Source: Pocillopora damicornis
Lineage: Eukaryota
Assembly (NCBI RefSeq): GCF_003704095.1
Contig: NW_020845131.1
Span: 124,001 to 188,000, forward strand
Direction: 5' to 3'
Length of the DNA stretch: 64,000 nucleotides
The notes below the pieces were generated by a model. That model did no database searches. It saw nothing but the letters and a program-made list of their open reading frames with translations, and had not been told where the DNA came from. The first letter of the stretch is position 1; each line of letters starts with the position of its first letter. This document shows, piece by piece, positions 12,590 to 25,700 of the stretch. A program made the position numbers and the translations under genes.

Positions 12590-15500
12590 ATGAACAAAGG
12601 AAATACTGATCGAACGGATGATACAAATGTATCTGACTCACATGTAAGGGTTGCAATACGAGAGAGCAAGAACAACTGGAAGGCGAAGGGAATGGTACAA
12701 GTTTGCTCTGCGCGTAAGTAATCAAAGTATAGTTAAGGTAACCTGCAATACTTTTAATGACTTGCTGTTCGCCTTTCTGTTCTGCTATCCAAGTAATGAA
12801 ATGAACGTTAATGATGAACAGGATTATTATCGTAAATGTTACAGCTCTTCCAATTGTAACTCATTCCTAAATTAGATTGTACTGTTTAAAATCGTTTCAC
12901 TTTTTAAAAACAAATCGTCTTTTTAAAGCACAATTAATCCCAGGAAAAAAGGTGTTTCACCTAAAAGACGTACGTGTGTTCGTGTTTTTTATTTTGGCAT
13001 AATCTCTAAATTGCTGTTGTGTAATATGCGAAAAAAATCCATAGAGCCCTAAGTAGAAAGATTTGCTAATTATTACGAGAGATGTTTATTTTCTATAGGT
13101 GGGAACTCGATGTGCTATATGCATACATTACAAAAGCTGCATTCATTGAGACCTGAGTATAAGGAGTTGCCAAGAATAAGAGGAATGTCTATTTCCTATA
13201 GGTGGCAATTCGTCACAATTGCTATGTTATGTAGGCGCAAATGTTTGGTAAGGAGACTCAAAAAACTAATCATCTAACGGTTATACATCGGGGCTGCACA
13301 TTTAAAACTGATATTCACCTCGAGAGAGATTCTTGATCAATTATTCCTTGTACCCAGATAGGTTTTTTTTTCCTACTTCTGGATAACATCTGCGCAAGAA
13401 TATATACAATGTTCTAATACATAAAGCTGATCCTTTAGTATAGCAACGACAAAGATGATAATCAGAAACTCCTTTCCAACTTTAGGAATTCACCCGTCTA
13501 TGAATACGGTGGGGAGGTGTCAGCTGATGATGTTCTGAGCTGAGGGTTTGTCCGAGAAATATATATTTGCCCAAGAAGCGAGGCTTCGAGGGCAAGTGTT
13601 AAAGCTAAGGAAATTATCAGCCGACATACTAGCAAGCCAGAAAGAGGTTTATTTTCTCTCTTAAAAAAAGCGGGTGCGCGCAAGGGAAAATATCTTCTTG
13701 GCGTGCGTAAATGCCGTACGCAAGAAGATTTAATTGATTCACTACATTCAGTGTAACTTTATTTTCACTGTGATTTAACCAAAACCAGACAAATTTGCGC
13801 GGGCCCCTGGATTAGAATCTTGCAAATCTGGCGCTTTTTAGCCAACTAGTTCTTATTTTTCGACGTACTTTTCAAACTTAGCTGAAAAAACGTATGTCGA
13901 TCTTAAAAATCCAATTCACTACTCTCCAAAACGAGTTTGTTTTCCTTTTATGTAAGATAAAAGGTGAAACCCTTCAGCTCACTTCTTTCCCGCTGGTTTT
14001 CTTTCCTTTTTGGCGGAAATAATCAGAGGAAAAATATCGGCGCAGACCAGGTTTATTGCATAAGAATAGTCCTTGGACTTTGCACTACGTTACATGAATG
14101 AACTAGCCAATAACATCACGCGAAAATTCATGTATTAGGTTGGCTCTTTAAGCAATAGATCTCACATTTTATCGGGTTGTCAGTGTAAAAACCTACGCGG
14201 GATGTTTTGAGAACACAAGAAAAGTTTGTAAAACACGAGCAGGAGGACCGACTCAGCTGAAAGGTGGTCGTTATTTTGCTTTGGCCATTATTCGAATTAT
14301 CAAGTGTAACAAAATTGTCGTAAATATTTTGCAGCCTCTAGTTCCCTGTTTGCTCGGCAACTACTTTCCGCTTTTGTAAGTTGGTAAATGTCAACCTGAA
14401 AAAGGGCGTCAAAAATAGTGTTGATAAACATCATGGCCTTAAGCAGCCGTTTACCCAAACATGAATACATAAATGCCAGATTTGATGGGCGAAAAACACA
14501 GTATCTTCCCTTACATAACATGTTATGTGTCAGGAAAGACGCAAATTTAAAGGATTTTGAACGTGTCGAGTGAATCGTGTACTAAATGTCTCGTTTTGTA
14601 CCTGCAAACCTGCAAACATACAATGAAGGAGGGAAATGATGAAGTACATAGTTTAAACAAAATTTTCAGCTGTGTTTACAGCTTTGAAAAGGGAAACACC
14701 GGTTTCCATGAAAAGAACCCTTGACTGCTTATCGCTACTTCGGGCGGGTGAGGTTTATTGAATTCAGCGCATTTCTGTAACTTTATTTTGACTTTAGGAA
14801 GGCAGGGCTAATCTTCACCTAACATTCTCTTCTTTAGAAACCAAACCGCTTCAAGCCATGAATAGAACCATTAATGAACTTAAGACGTTCCAATAATGTA
14901 TGACAAATCGTGTTAATCATTATCTTTTTGAGCCAAGCAAGAGTTTCGTGAAATATCCAAAGTTTCTTTGTTTCTCTTTCCTTTGCGAAGATTGCAAGAA
15001 GGTATATTCCACATACATGTACAGCGTTTATATGCTAGATATACATGAGTTGACAAGAGGTTTCTCAGTTTCAAGGTAGTAAGGGGAGAGGAGGGGAAGA
15101 AATTGCTTTTCATGGGTAACCACTTTTTTTAAAGTAACTTTTTAACTTCTATGCATCGACAAACATTAAAAAGGGAAGATTGAGCTTGCCTTATCAAGGA
15201 TTTTTAGCGAAAGTTTTCTCTGTCACGTTGTATAATTTAGTTGCAACGTTAATCTTAAAAGCGGAAAGTTTAACGATAATTATTTCATTTCGTGATAAAG
15301 AACTGGAAGTGTGCATGCTGACATGCGGACCAGTAAAAAAAATTATTCTTCCTCAGAGGAAAATGACATGAAGTACAAGACACGTTAACTTAGGGAAGAT
15401 TATAATAGAGTGAAATGAAACAGAATGACGTAACTTTGTCTCTGATTTGGTAAATGTTCCCCTGAATCGATGATTGTATGATTTACTTTTCGCGCTAATG

Positions 15501-16744
15501 AACAAATCCCTCAAAAGAAAACTGCTTTATTGTATTCAAGGTGTACATGACGGCCTCAAGAAGGCAAATGTCCAAAATACGCCACAGATGTATCAATGTG
15601 TTGAGCAACTGCGTAACTCATATAAGTTCTTAGTTTTACGACTTAATTGGGGCAATTGCGTAAAACAAACAGTACGTTTTGCATTGAATGCTCAAAGGAA
15701 TCGGAATAGTCAGAGAAGGCCGTGACATAGCACTGCAGTTTAACACGACTATAAAGAGATAATAAAATTGATTTAACAGTTCAAAGTGTTCTCTTTGATA
15801 ATCAAGGTCGAAATCGCCAAGACCTTGTAAAGAGCAACTAATTCTTGACAGGCGTGGATAATAAGTAGTGAAAAGGCGTGGGTTCTTGTATTACGGCCAC
15901 TTGTTATTCGTCGAGCTCAGTGTGTCATTTAGACGCCTACGCCGCTAAACAAGTAAAAGTTGCGGACATAAATACTCTAATCATTATGGAGAAAGTCTTT
16001 AGTAAATGAAGACAGAACACAAAGGATAACTGGTGGTTTCTTCGTGAAAACAATAATACTAAGCTTCAGAAAGGATTCTATTATTATCAACAAAGTCACC
16101 GTAACTGAACCACAAAATCTGCTTAAAACTGCAGACATTTACGGGTGGCCTATTCGAGTCGAAGCTGTGATACGGATACCTGACAAGATGCTACACACTA
16201 GGTAATTGAGTTGCAAGATGATACGGTCCTTTTTTTTCCTAACACATGCATATCTATGTGCTGAAAACAGGTCAGTTTGGTTACAGTCATAACTATTAAT
16301 GCGGTTTCAGCTGTGATTTCAGACGCGAAAGATTCCCAAGCAGTAAGCTTTCCTGCTTTGTTCATGTGTACGTCTACGATTTTAAGGTCATTGATTAGGG
16401 ATCGTTTCGGCTTCTTTGTTATTATGGTTACGAAATCACTTTGTAGAAAGCTTAGAACGGCTAACCCAACACAACTCGATCATGTTGTCACTCTCACAAC
16501 GTACCTAGCTATCTAAGGAGAAAAGTTAGGTTGATCAGAGTTTGTGATTCTGATCAAGGTGGAAAATTGCATTTCTGATTGGCCCAATTCTATGACTGAG
16601 GAGGATCCTGTGAAGGAGAACCAGTAAAAATTACCAAAATGTTAAAATATGATAGATAACAGCATGTTAAACTTTGTTGCTTCCCGCAAAGCTCGAACAG
16701 AGCTTAAAGTTCCCGTGCGAGGTTTTGAAGAGCTATCTGCATAA
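12590..16744 (+). pseudogene. Probable decayed multi-exon gene of unknown family
   Basis: Candidate exons with splice signals: 12590-12713 (ATG to C|GTAAGT), 15541-15612 (phase 1-1), 15933-16201 (phase 1-2, one frameshift near 15995) and 16447-16744 (phase-2 entry, several in-frame stops). Phases join in frame. Confidence 0.35.
13500..13660. repeat. Interspersed repeat (non-autonomous DNA-transposon-like) with internal hairpin; boundaries uncertain
   Basis: Hairpin TTTGCCCAAGAAGCGAGGCTTCGAGGGCAAG at ~13566-13597. Resembles a common coral repeat (recollection). Confidence 0.4.
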
Positions 16745-19700
16745 AGTAAACCCAGCTGAGGATGTTTCGCACCCTTCGCCGTCATTCTAGATGAGCCAAA
16801 CTGTAAATCAATGTGGACACAAGAAAGCAGACATTGCGGCTAAATAAACACTAATATCTTTTTCCGAACAAACAAATAATATTCAATGATACAGTCATTT
16901 CAAATAGCGTGGGTCTTGACAGAAAAGCATTTGTGCGACAAGTTCGCGGCTGATGCCTCTGAATTCCAAAATCTGTCATCGTTATACTTTTATAACCAGC
17001 CGTCGAGCAGAGAAAGGAGCGCATTGTAATCCATTGTTGTCCAAAAAAAGAGTTATTATTGACTCTATCCAAGCTTAATTTAGCGCACGATTCAACCACG
17101 CGGGTATTTTTTCATTGTGAATGACAGACAATGTAAAAGACTTACAATGTAACTACCAAATCGTCATCAAGATTACCAAGAGAAAATGAAATTATATTTG
17201 CCCTTATGGCTTTTTAATGTGACGATTGATAGAACTCGCTGCCACTCCGCTTATATCACTGAATAAAGAACAAACTTCAAAAGGTTAATTCGTATTTCTT
17301 TAAGGCGGTATCGATAAGTGGCCGAGCTATGAGGAATTTGTATTGTTCTTGTTAAATGAAGTTTAATATTGAATTCTCAGGGTGTGGAGACAGTTTAACA
17401 GCTTTTGTTTCACTGTACCCTGCCTAAGCAAACGCAATTTGAAAGGTTCACTTGTGACATTTCTCGTGTCAAACGCATGGCATGAAATATTGCTTTCATT
17501 CCATTGACACTATTTGTTTTAACTACTTCTTTTTTTATAAATAAATCACGAACATGGTTAGTTTTCGCGGGTGCTGCTAAGAGTTGCTGTGAGAATATGT
17601 TTGTTATGTATACTTTCCTCAGAAGCATAGATGAAGAGAGATTTTTATATATAAATCGGAAAAAAAGAAAATTAATCATATTACACATATTAGTCTGTGG
17701 TCATATTTCAAAGATTAAATTATTTTTAGAGTTTTTTATACAAACAAACAATAATTTTATATTTTTGGAGAATAAACGGTCTGGAACCACAGTATCTATT
17801 CATAACAAGGTCATTATCAATCATGTTATATTTTGCTCCTTGGTTTCTAGCCATGATGACTGCAAGGTGTCGATGACTTAAAAAATTTTATCTCCAAGTA
17901 GTCCATTTTTTGGCGCAAAAGTTGAAACGAGTTTCAAATTGCTTCAAGAGGCTTTACGCGCGCATCCTCCACAATATTTTCATAGATTAGCATAAAACGT
18001 ATTGATGCGTAGATATAGGTGTGCGAAAGCGGCTTCACAGTTTACCAAACAGGAAAATTAAATCCCTTCGGAAAATGAGCCACCTTTTAAAATCCAGAGA
18101 AAGGTTCAAATTTACAAGTTTTAATTACCAATTCTCTTTTATATCTACCGCGCTTCTTGAACGATTTTCAACGCCTGTGGCAAAAAGACTGCCGGCTGGG
18201 GTCTCTATGAAAGTCTTAAATTATATTTAATGATACCAGGAGAGCAGAAGTTTTTTTCAATAAATATTCCCGATACAGATTTTCGATAATCCAAGAGTAT
18301 TAAAATTCTTTTTGGAAAGTATTGTTTTTAACGACTTTCTTCAAAAACAACTATTTTTTTCGATTTCTATAAATTCAACTGTAAGTTTTCGGAGCAAATT
18401 ATCAATCGACAAAACAACTCTGAATCGATTTTTTTTTTAAAAAGGTATTAATGAAAATGACAATAAGAAAAATATGAAGAAAGAAGCAATTTATAAATAA
18501 ATTTCAGGCTGTTTCCAAAGAATGAATACACACCCAAGAGCGGGATGTGAGTGTAAATACACTGACTGAGGCTAAGAAGTTCCCAAGCGGAGAACAGCGA
18601 GCGTGAACTTCAAAACTGTGCCGACAAGCTGAGCAATTATCGCCGTTGTTAGTTTCAATTTGTGTAAAATTCATATCCCTTGGGGCTAATTGATATAATA
18701 AACGCATAAAACCGCATAAATGCAACGCCGCAGAGGCACCTCATCTGACGGCTTTTTAGAAGCAAAGGCAGGTGATTTAAAGGCTTCTGTTCTCGATCCA
18801 TGTTCAAATCGTATAATTTTTTCCTAACAAGTCACCATTCGTTTGTTTCGAGGTTAGTTGTGAGAATTGAGTGGTGCTTTTTCAACATCGTACATCGTAA
18901 TTTCATCAATTCTCCTCGCCTGCCTTTTTGACAATGTATTCTATTATACGTAGAATTTAGATTTTGATCACGATTAAGTAAATTGTGTGAAGATACCACT
19001 GTGTTAACAACGTAGTTAATGCCTGTTTCGAATATTCCCTTCTCTTCCTTAAAAACCGATTTACGCAATTTATCCCGATAATTGATGACCAAATTAAAAA
19101 AGAAAAAAAAAGAAAAATGACATTTTTATGACCCAGTCTCTTCTTGTCCGCAGTACAGAGTAATATTCGAAGAACTTAGTTTTAACGAGAAGAAGGAAAA
19201 AGTATTTTGAGTGATCACAAAGCCATTCTGTCTGAATCGCAGAAAAATGACGCTAGTGTGGTAAAACACCAACGAAATTTAAGACAGGACCTCTGAAGAG
19301 CTGTCACATAGGCAGCACCTGCTAGTAAACTTGTCTTCTACGCGACAGGCTTGACAATTAACTTACTTAAGTTATTAAGAAAGCAATTATTAAAGAAATC
19401 TAACTTCCGAAGTTAATGAAATTTCGTTCTAAGGTTGACATTACTGTTCTCGGCCAAGCGGAGCAACGCATTAACAAGCAAGCAACAACTCGCCATTCTA
19501 AAAGGTCTTTTCTATGCCTATTGTTTTTGAGGGTCTTACGCCAAATTCTAAACATTACCGTTTTGGTTCCATGAGCCAGCGTTGACAAATTCAACAAAAC
19601 AGCGGTTCGGCGAGGTGGTGAAATTAAAAGCCACTCACATCGGCTATTCAGTAAATTCTGCCTAGAGGAGAAAGAGTGTTAAGAGCTGTTAATGGTCGTT

Positions 19701-22700
19701 TTTGCTGAGTGCATCTCTTTTGGAAAACGACCATAGAGAAGTGAAAGTAGGTATCTTTTAGCCCACCATTTCTTCAATGATGCCGTGACTGCATGTGTAA
19801 ATTCTACAATCGTTAACCTTCATCTTTCTCTGCAGTAAGTACAACTAATGATTTAGTTTCCATTTTAAGGTTAAACTAAAAGCACCTCGATTGGTCGTTC
19901 AGTTCAGTCCAACCAGAGCACAAGTATTAAGGTAAGTTTAAACTGCGATCAACACTGTACATTCATTTGATCGATTTCAATTCATCTGAGGGCAAAACTA
20001 AGTACAACGTTTTGTAATCGTAGTACTAGTGCGTTCATAAATATTTAGCAAATTATAGTAATTCAAGTTCTTGGCGTTCCAGTTAAGGATTACAAATGAA
20101 ATAAAACCCAAGCTAGCTCTTCTACAGGAAAGTGTGTCAATCTAAATCATTTTGAAGCTCTCATTAGGAGTTTAATTTAAATGAAATTCATCTGACTTAA
20201 TTTCGGTTTGAATATAGGCGGAAAATGCAATTTCTTGCTTTTTGTACACCTGCAATCTCTCAATGTATTTTAAGCAGCATAATCCCGTATACTCAGGAAC
20301 AGGGGCTAGAAATATCTACAAAAACAGCGACAAACCCTTGCAGAAAAAAAATGCAATAATTGCCAGATTAAAAAATGATGTCTCTTAGATTTATCAATTA
20401 TAAACGAAATGCGTTCATTTTCCTGAAAAATCTGGCATGTAATTTGTAAATGTAGAAGAAATTTTAAACTCCGTGTTTTGAAGAACATGATGTTAAAATC
20501 ATCCCCTCTAGGCTGTGAAACTGAAGCTCAAATCTTGTACTTAGGTCGTGATTCTAGCACATATATCCTTTTTTTCTATTGATGGTAAAAGTTGCCGTGC
20601 GTGCTTAAAAGGATAATAAAAGGTAGGCTTAAACCCACAGAAATGCCCAAAAGTCAATTGAGAATTAATCATTTTTAGATATTACTGTTAAGACTGGGTG
20701 TAATGTAAACTTATCTATTCAAAATGTGACGATATTTCTCGCCATTAAGTATCGCAGGCAGCGACAATAAAGGCAACTTGTAAATTTATTTTATAGATAG
20801 TGTGAAAGCGACTGCAATCTGTTAAATTTAAGCCGCTCGTCGTCGAAAGCTTTCTTTGTTCGAAATCATTACTTTGTGTGTTTGTATATGTTCAGTGGTC
20901 CCATCGTGACGAAAGACAACAACAAATTCAGACATGAAATTTGCTTGTTTTGCGTGAATATTAAGGAAAACGACTAATCATTGCCATCAATCAGCGACTG
21001 TTATTACCGCAATTTCACTTGGTAATCGTACATCGTAAGTTATACAGAAATTAACCGTGCTCAATTTTGACCGTCATTGTAAAGTCGCTTTTAAACGTCG
21101 AGAGGTTGAAATTTATAATTCATTTCCCCGGCGTTATCGTCTCAAAACAAGATAACAATTCTTGTAATAAAAAGATTTCACGTCTGACATAAAGCGGCAG
21201 TGTATGTGTATTAAATCTTCTCAGATTGGGAATTAGCCGCTTGACCGGAAAGGAGACACAAAAAATCTGTGAGATAAAACGGAAAGGGATTTGGCGCATG
21301 GAGGCTGTTTAAGTCGTTAACAATGAAGCGTACTAATTTCAATTACTTTTTCGGATCACAATAAAGAGACCAATTTTGCATAAAGTTAATTTTGCTCAAA
21401 CAGTTAACAGATACTTGCGATTCATACCAAAATTCGATCCGTGCTAAGTTTTCCCTCGAGGTAAAATTTTCAGAAGTCGGCCAGCCTTGAATACTTTCTG
21501 CGAAAACTAAAGAATTAATAGTATTGTCCGCCTCCTTTCGTTTTTTTTCCTTTCATCGAGATTTTCTCCTCCAAGACATAACATAAAAGAGAAGACAAAC
21601 TTTCTTATTTCTTGGGGGTAACAACTAAAGCTGTTTAAATAGTAATAATTACTAACAATCCCCTCACGAGTATTAATTGCTACCTCTCGTTTCAAGTTGA
21701 TATTTGCCTGTGAAAAGTTTTCCGAAAAAATTGCGTGCTTTTTCTTGATCATCTCATCGACTTTTAATGCTGTTGTATATAAAGTAGATCGGCATCTTCG
21801 AAGTTAAGTGTCAGCTCCGGCATTGTGTCTCGTCGTGTACCACCAAAATGTACACAGTTCGCCCCCAAAAGAGCTCTTTTAATTTAATATTGTGTTGGAT
21901 AATTTGCATTACTGTAGGCACTCGTGTAGGCCTGATCAAAATTGATAGTTTCACTGGGTATTCTGTGGGTTGACCAAATGATAACGCAACTTGATTTTGA
22001 ACTTAAACCTCATTCTGTTTTGTCAAATTTTCTTAAATCGCTCACATCTCCAGGTCGCATAAACAGATATTTCTTCGATCATGAGATCTTTTTTATTTGA
22101 ACTGAGTAGTGGCCTTGGAAAATGCATTATATGTTATTTTGAACTTTTTCAAACCAACCACTCGACCTTAAATACACTTTGTCTACATCATTTGGTAGTA
22201 GTTTGAAGACGTTACTTTCGTATGCTTTCTACAAAAAATTGGCGCCGCTTTGGCGCCTAAGGGGGAGTTGACCGAATTTTTTTTTGTCTTTCAGCGTCTG
22301 AAACTTAATGTTTAAAACCACATGCACACGAAAGACCCTAATTTACATGTCTTACACCAAAATAACTATCATGTTGTCTTGCAAGGCGATTGTAAAATTC
22401 TCGAAGAAGTTTCCTCGCACAGGAGGAAACGAATTGGTGAACACCTTGAAAGTTCATGGATAAGTCAAGTTCCCAACACTTAAAAAGGGGAAAAAAAGGT
22501 CGTTTTGACTCTCAAATAAATTTAAAAATTGTCAATTGTAGGTTTTGTTGCCGCTGTTAATCCAATACTGTCGTGCTTTACCGAAGGGTACTTACACCGT
22601 AAGTTGAATTTATCTAAAGCTGAACCAGCCAAAGCTCTTCGGATTGTTTAATCCCAATAAGAAAGACATGCAGTTCAGCCTCGGGACACTAAGATGTTTA

Positions 22701-25700
22701 TCAAATTTATTACTTCACCTCGAGCCAAATTATTTACGGCTTCCAATTCCCGGTGTGATTTCCATCATCGATTGTTAATCATCGATTCTTGGAAAAATTA
22801 ATCATCTTCAGAATGTACTCTGTAAGAATATTTCTCTCTTATGTTTTGTACCATTAGTTTGTATTTACGGCGCCAAGAAAATTTATTCATTGAATTTATC
22901 ACTTTCAATTCCATCTTAGAAAAGATATAATTAGCACAAAGTTGAATATTATTTGTTGCAAATTCACTGACGGCTAGTAAATGGTGGATACCCAGACTTC
23001 ATTAGCCACATTAGCAAAAATTTTTTTAGCACTAAAATATTCTAAATTATGGAAATTATCGTCAAATGACGGAGTAAAAGAATTAGAAAGATATTACTAC
23101 AACCAGGTCGATTTGGGGACTTACGTCCTGTTTATTATTCAAGACGAACTGCAATGGAGACGACTACGTGAAGTTTTTCTTTAATAAGTTTTCAAAAAGG
23201 TGATGCTATACCTATTACTCTGGCGTGAACTTCAAGTTATCTAAAACTAACTGATATCACTGAGAGAAATTTATAATAAAACCTTTCGAGCAATATCAGG
23301 ACAAGTATGGAATTTGCAGACCTAGGCTGTTACTTGCTTAGGATTTAAAATTTCCATGCAGATTCTCTTGGGGCACAGAAAATAACGTTTTAGAGAGAAA
23401 ATTTGAACTATTTTGCGATAAAAATTAAGACTTACTAATGATATCCCTCCGTTTCCAACGCGTTTTGCTTCTCTATTAGAACGAAACAAAAGAAACTAAG
23501 TACAATTGACAAAACGTCGAGAAGGGAAAATGAAATTTTAGACCACGTGCGTCAGCCAAGGACAGCGGGTATCTCGCTGAGCTATAGTTAGGCGGGTTGA
23601 TTAACTCAATGATACCACCCGTGTTGAAATCTATCCAAGATTGACAAGATGTCCTTTGAAGCTAATGGAAGCGGAAAAATTGAATCGGATCCGAAAGAAA
23701 CAAACAACTAACAGATAGAAAATTGCGATGATCTTATAGGGGAGTTTTAAATAGTTAGATGGCAGTCATTACAAAAGTATCAAGTCGAGGGGATACAAAA
23801 CAATTGAAAGCTTGTAGTCCAAGAAATTTAAGTTCTATATTCCTTTAAGAAATACAGCTTGTATTGTAACACGAAATCATTTTGAGCCATGACAGGATCT
23901 TCCTATTACATCAGTACGATACCGAATGTCCTTGGATCTCCAGTAATCGCGAACCAGACCAAATCTAATTGATTTCAAGTTTTTAAGGTTTAGGACATTA
24001 AGGCGCATCTGCATGTTAAAAAATTGAGCCCTTAAAATTGCGGAAAAACTTTATTGATGAATTAATTATTTTATAATTGGACCTCTAGGTCCTAGACACG
24101 CTTTCGTATAACATTGCCCCTATCCCCAGCAAATAATGTCATCTGAGTCGAAGGCCTGTGTCTTCAGCCTGTTGACCCATTTCAGTAAGTTTAACATGGA
24201 AACATTTGTGTCAGACACGTAAGCGTATAAAAACAAACGACGTAAAACCCTCAGGCGACGGATCAAAACAATACATGGCTCTATTTTATTAATTTGAATT
24301 TAGTCTTGTAAGTGTGCATCTTAATAAAAACTCAGCAAATTAAATTCCGAACCGTATGGGTGTTTCTTTAGAAACTCAGTTCTGCTGTTGAAAATAAAAA
24401 GCACAAGCTTTAGAGGTAGATTTCGTGATTTGCTGTCGCGTGAGGCGGCCATTCATCGTCTGGAACAATCTAACATCATAAAGTACTAACGGGCTGCAAT
24501 ATAGCCATCTATCTCGCATGTACACCAACAATTAAGAACATTCAATACCAAGTCCCGAAGCATTTAATTTTCAGAAATGCGGACGTAAACTCAGGGATAT
24601 TGAAACACTCGGTGGTAAGACACGGCGCTTACATTTGCGTGCAATAACGAAGTTTTCTGCTACTGGCATTAGAAAATGCCTCGGGCAATCTATATTAGCC
24701 ACGCTGAACGATTTGTGCCTGAAGCCGTAAGCTGTTTACAGAGTTAGCAGATTGAATAAGACTGAAACCTTCAAAATGTAACCATTTTGGTTCATTTATT
24801 CAACCTCTCATAGTACTATTACAAACGGGTTAATCCGACACTTCTAAAGGGACAATACTTTGGTGACAATAACTTTAGCTTTCGTGGAAACTGTAAACTT
24901 AAATACGAGTAAACTTGTTAATTTGAAATCTTTCCAAGGAATAACTGAGATATTTTCTCGAAGCGAAAATGATCCCTCTAAATATTACCCACAAAAATTG
25001 AGTCTGCGTTGATCACACCACCATGAAATTCGTCGACTTTGCATTTTCGCGATTGATAATTTTGAGGATTCACCAGCTCAAATGAAGGAAGTGTCATTTA
25101 CCTCACGGAACAGAGAAACATAGTATTTGGGCTTAGTTAAAATCTTGCTTGTGGCATTTGTCATGCTAATGGTTGTCATAGACATTTCATTTCTGAGTAC
25201 TTAACAAAAGCAGAGGCGAATTAGTACCCCAGTGTTATTCTAACGGGTGACCAAGCCACTTTGGAGTTGAAAATAATTGTCCATCTCAAAGTCAGGTTGC
25301 ACCTGCCTTACGTATTCATAAACAAGTAAAAGTCTCTCAAGATAAATTATAAGCGTTCTTTCTTTTGAAAGAAAAATTCCAGTAACTTCTGGAACAGTAA
25401 AATAGAACGCCGTAGCGTTAACTTCAAATGCTACATAACAAAAAGACCAAAACAAAAATACTTTTTTGGAGAAATGTCAACTAAGAAAGGCAATTGTCAA
25501 CTACTCTGAAAAATTTTAAACTTATGCTAAAAACAAAGGCTTCAAATGGCGCCAAAACAGCCTTAAAATGGCTAGAAGTGCAATCCAATTATAATTTTAG
25601 TGAAATTAAAGACAATAATTTGTTTTGTTTTTGTAGCAGATGTTTTTACTTCAACTGTGACAATTTTATTATTTTAACAGAAGCATCTAAAACTCCTATC

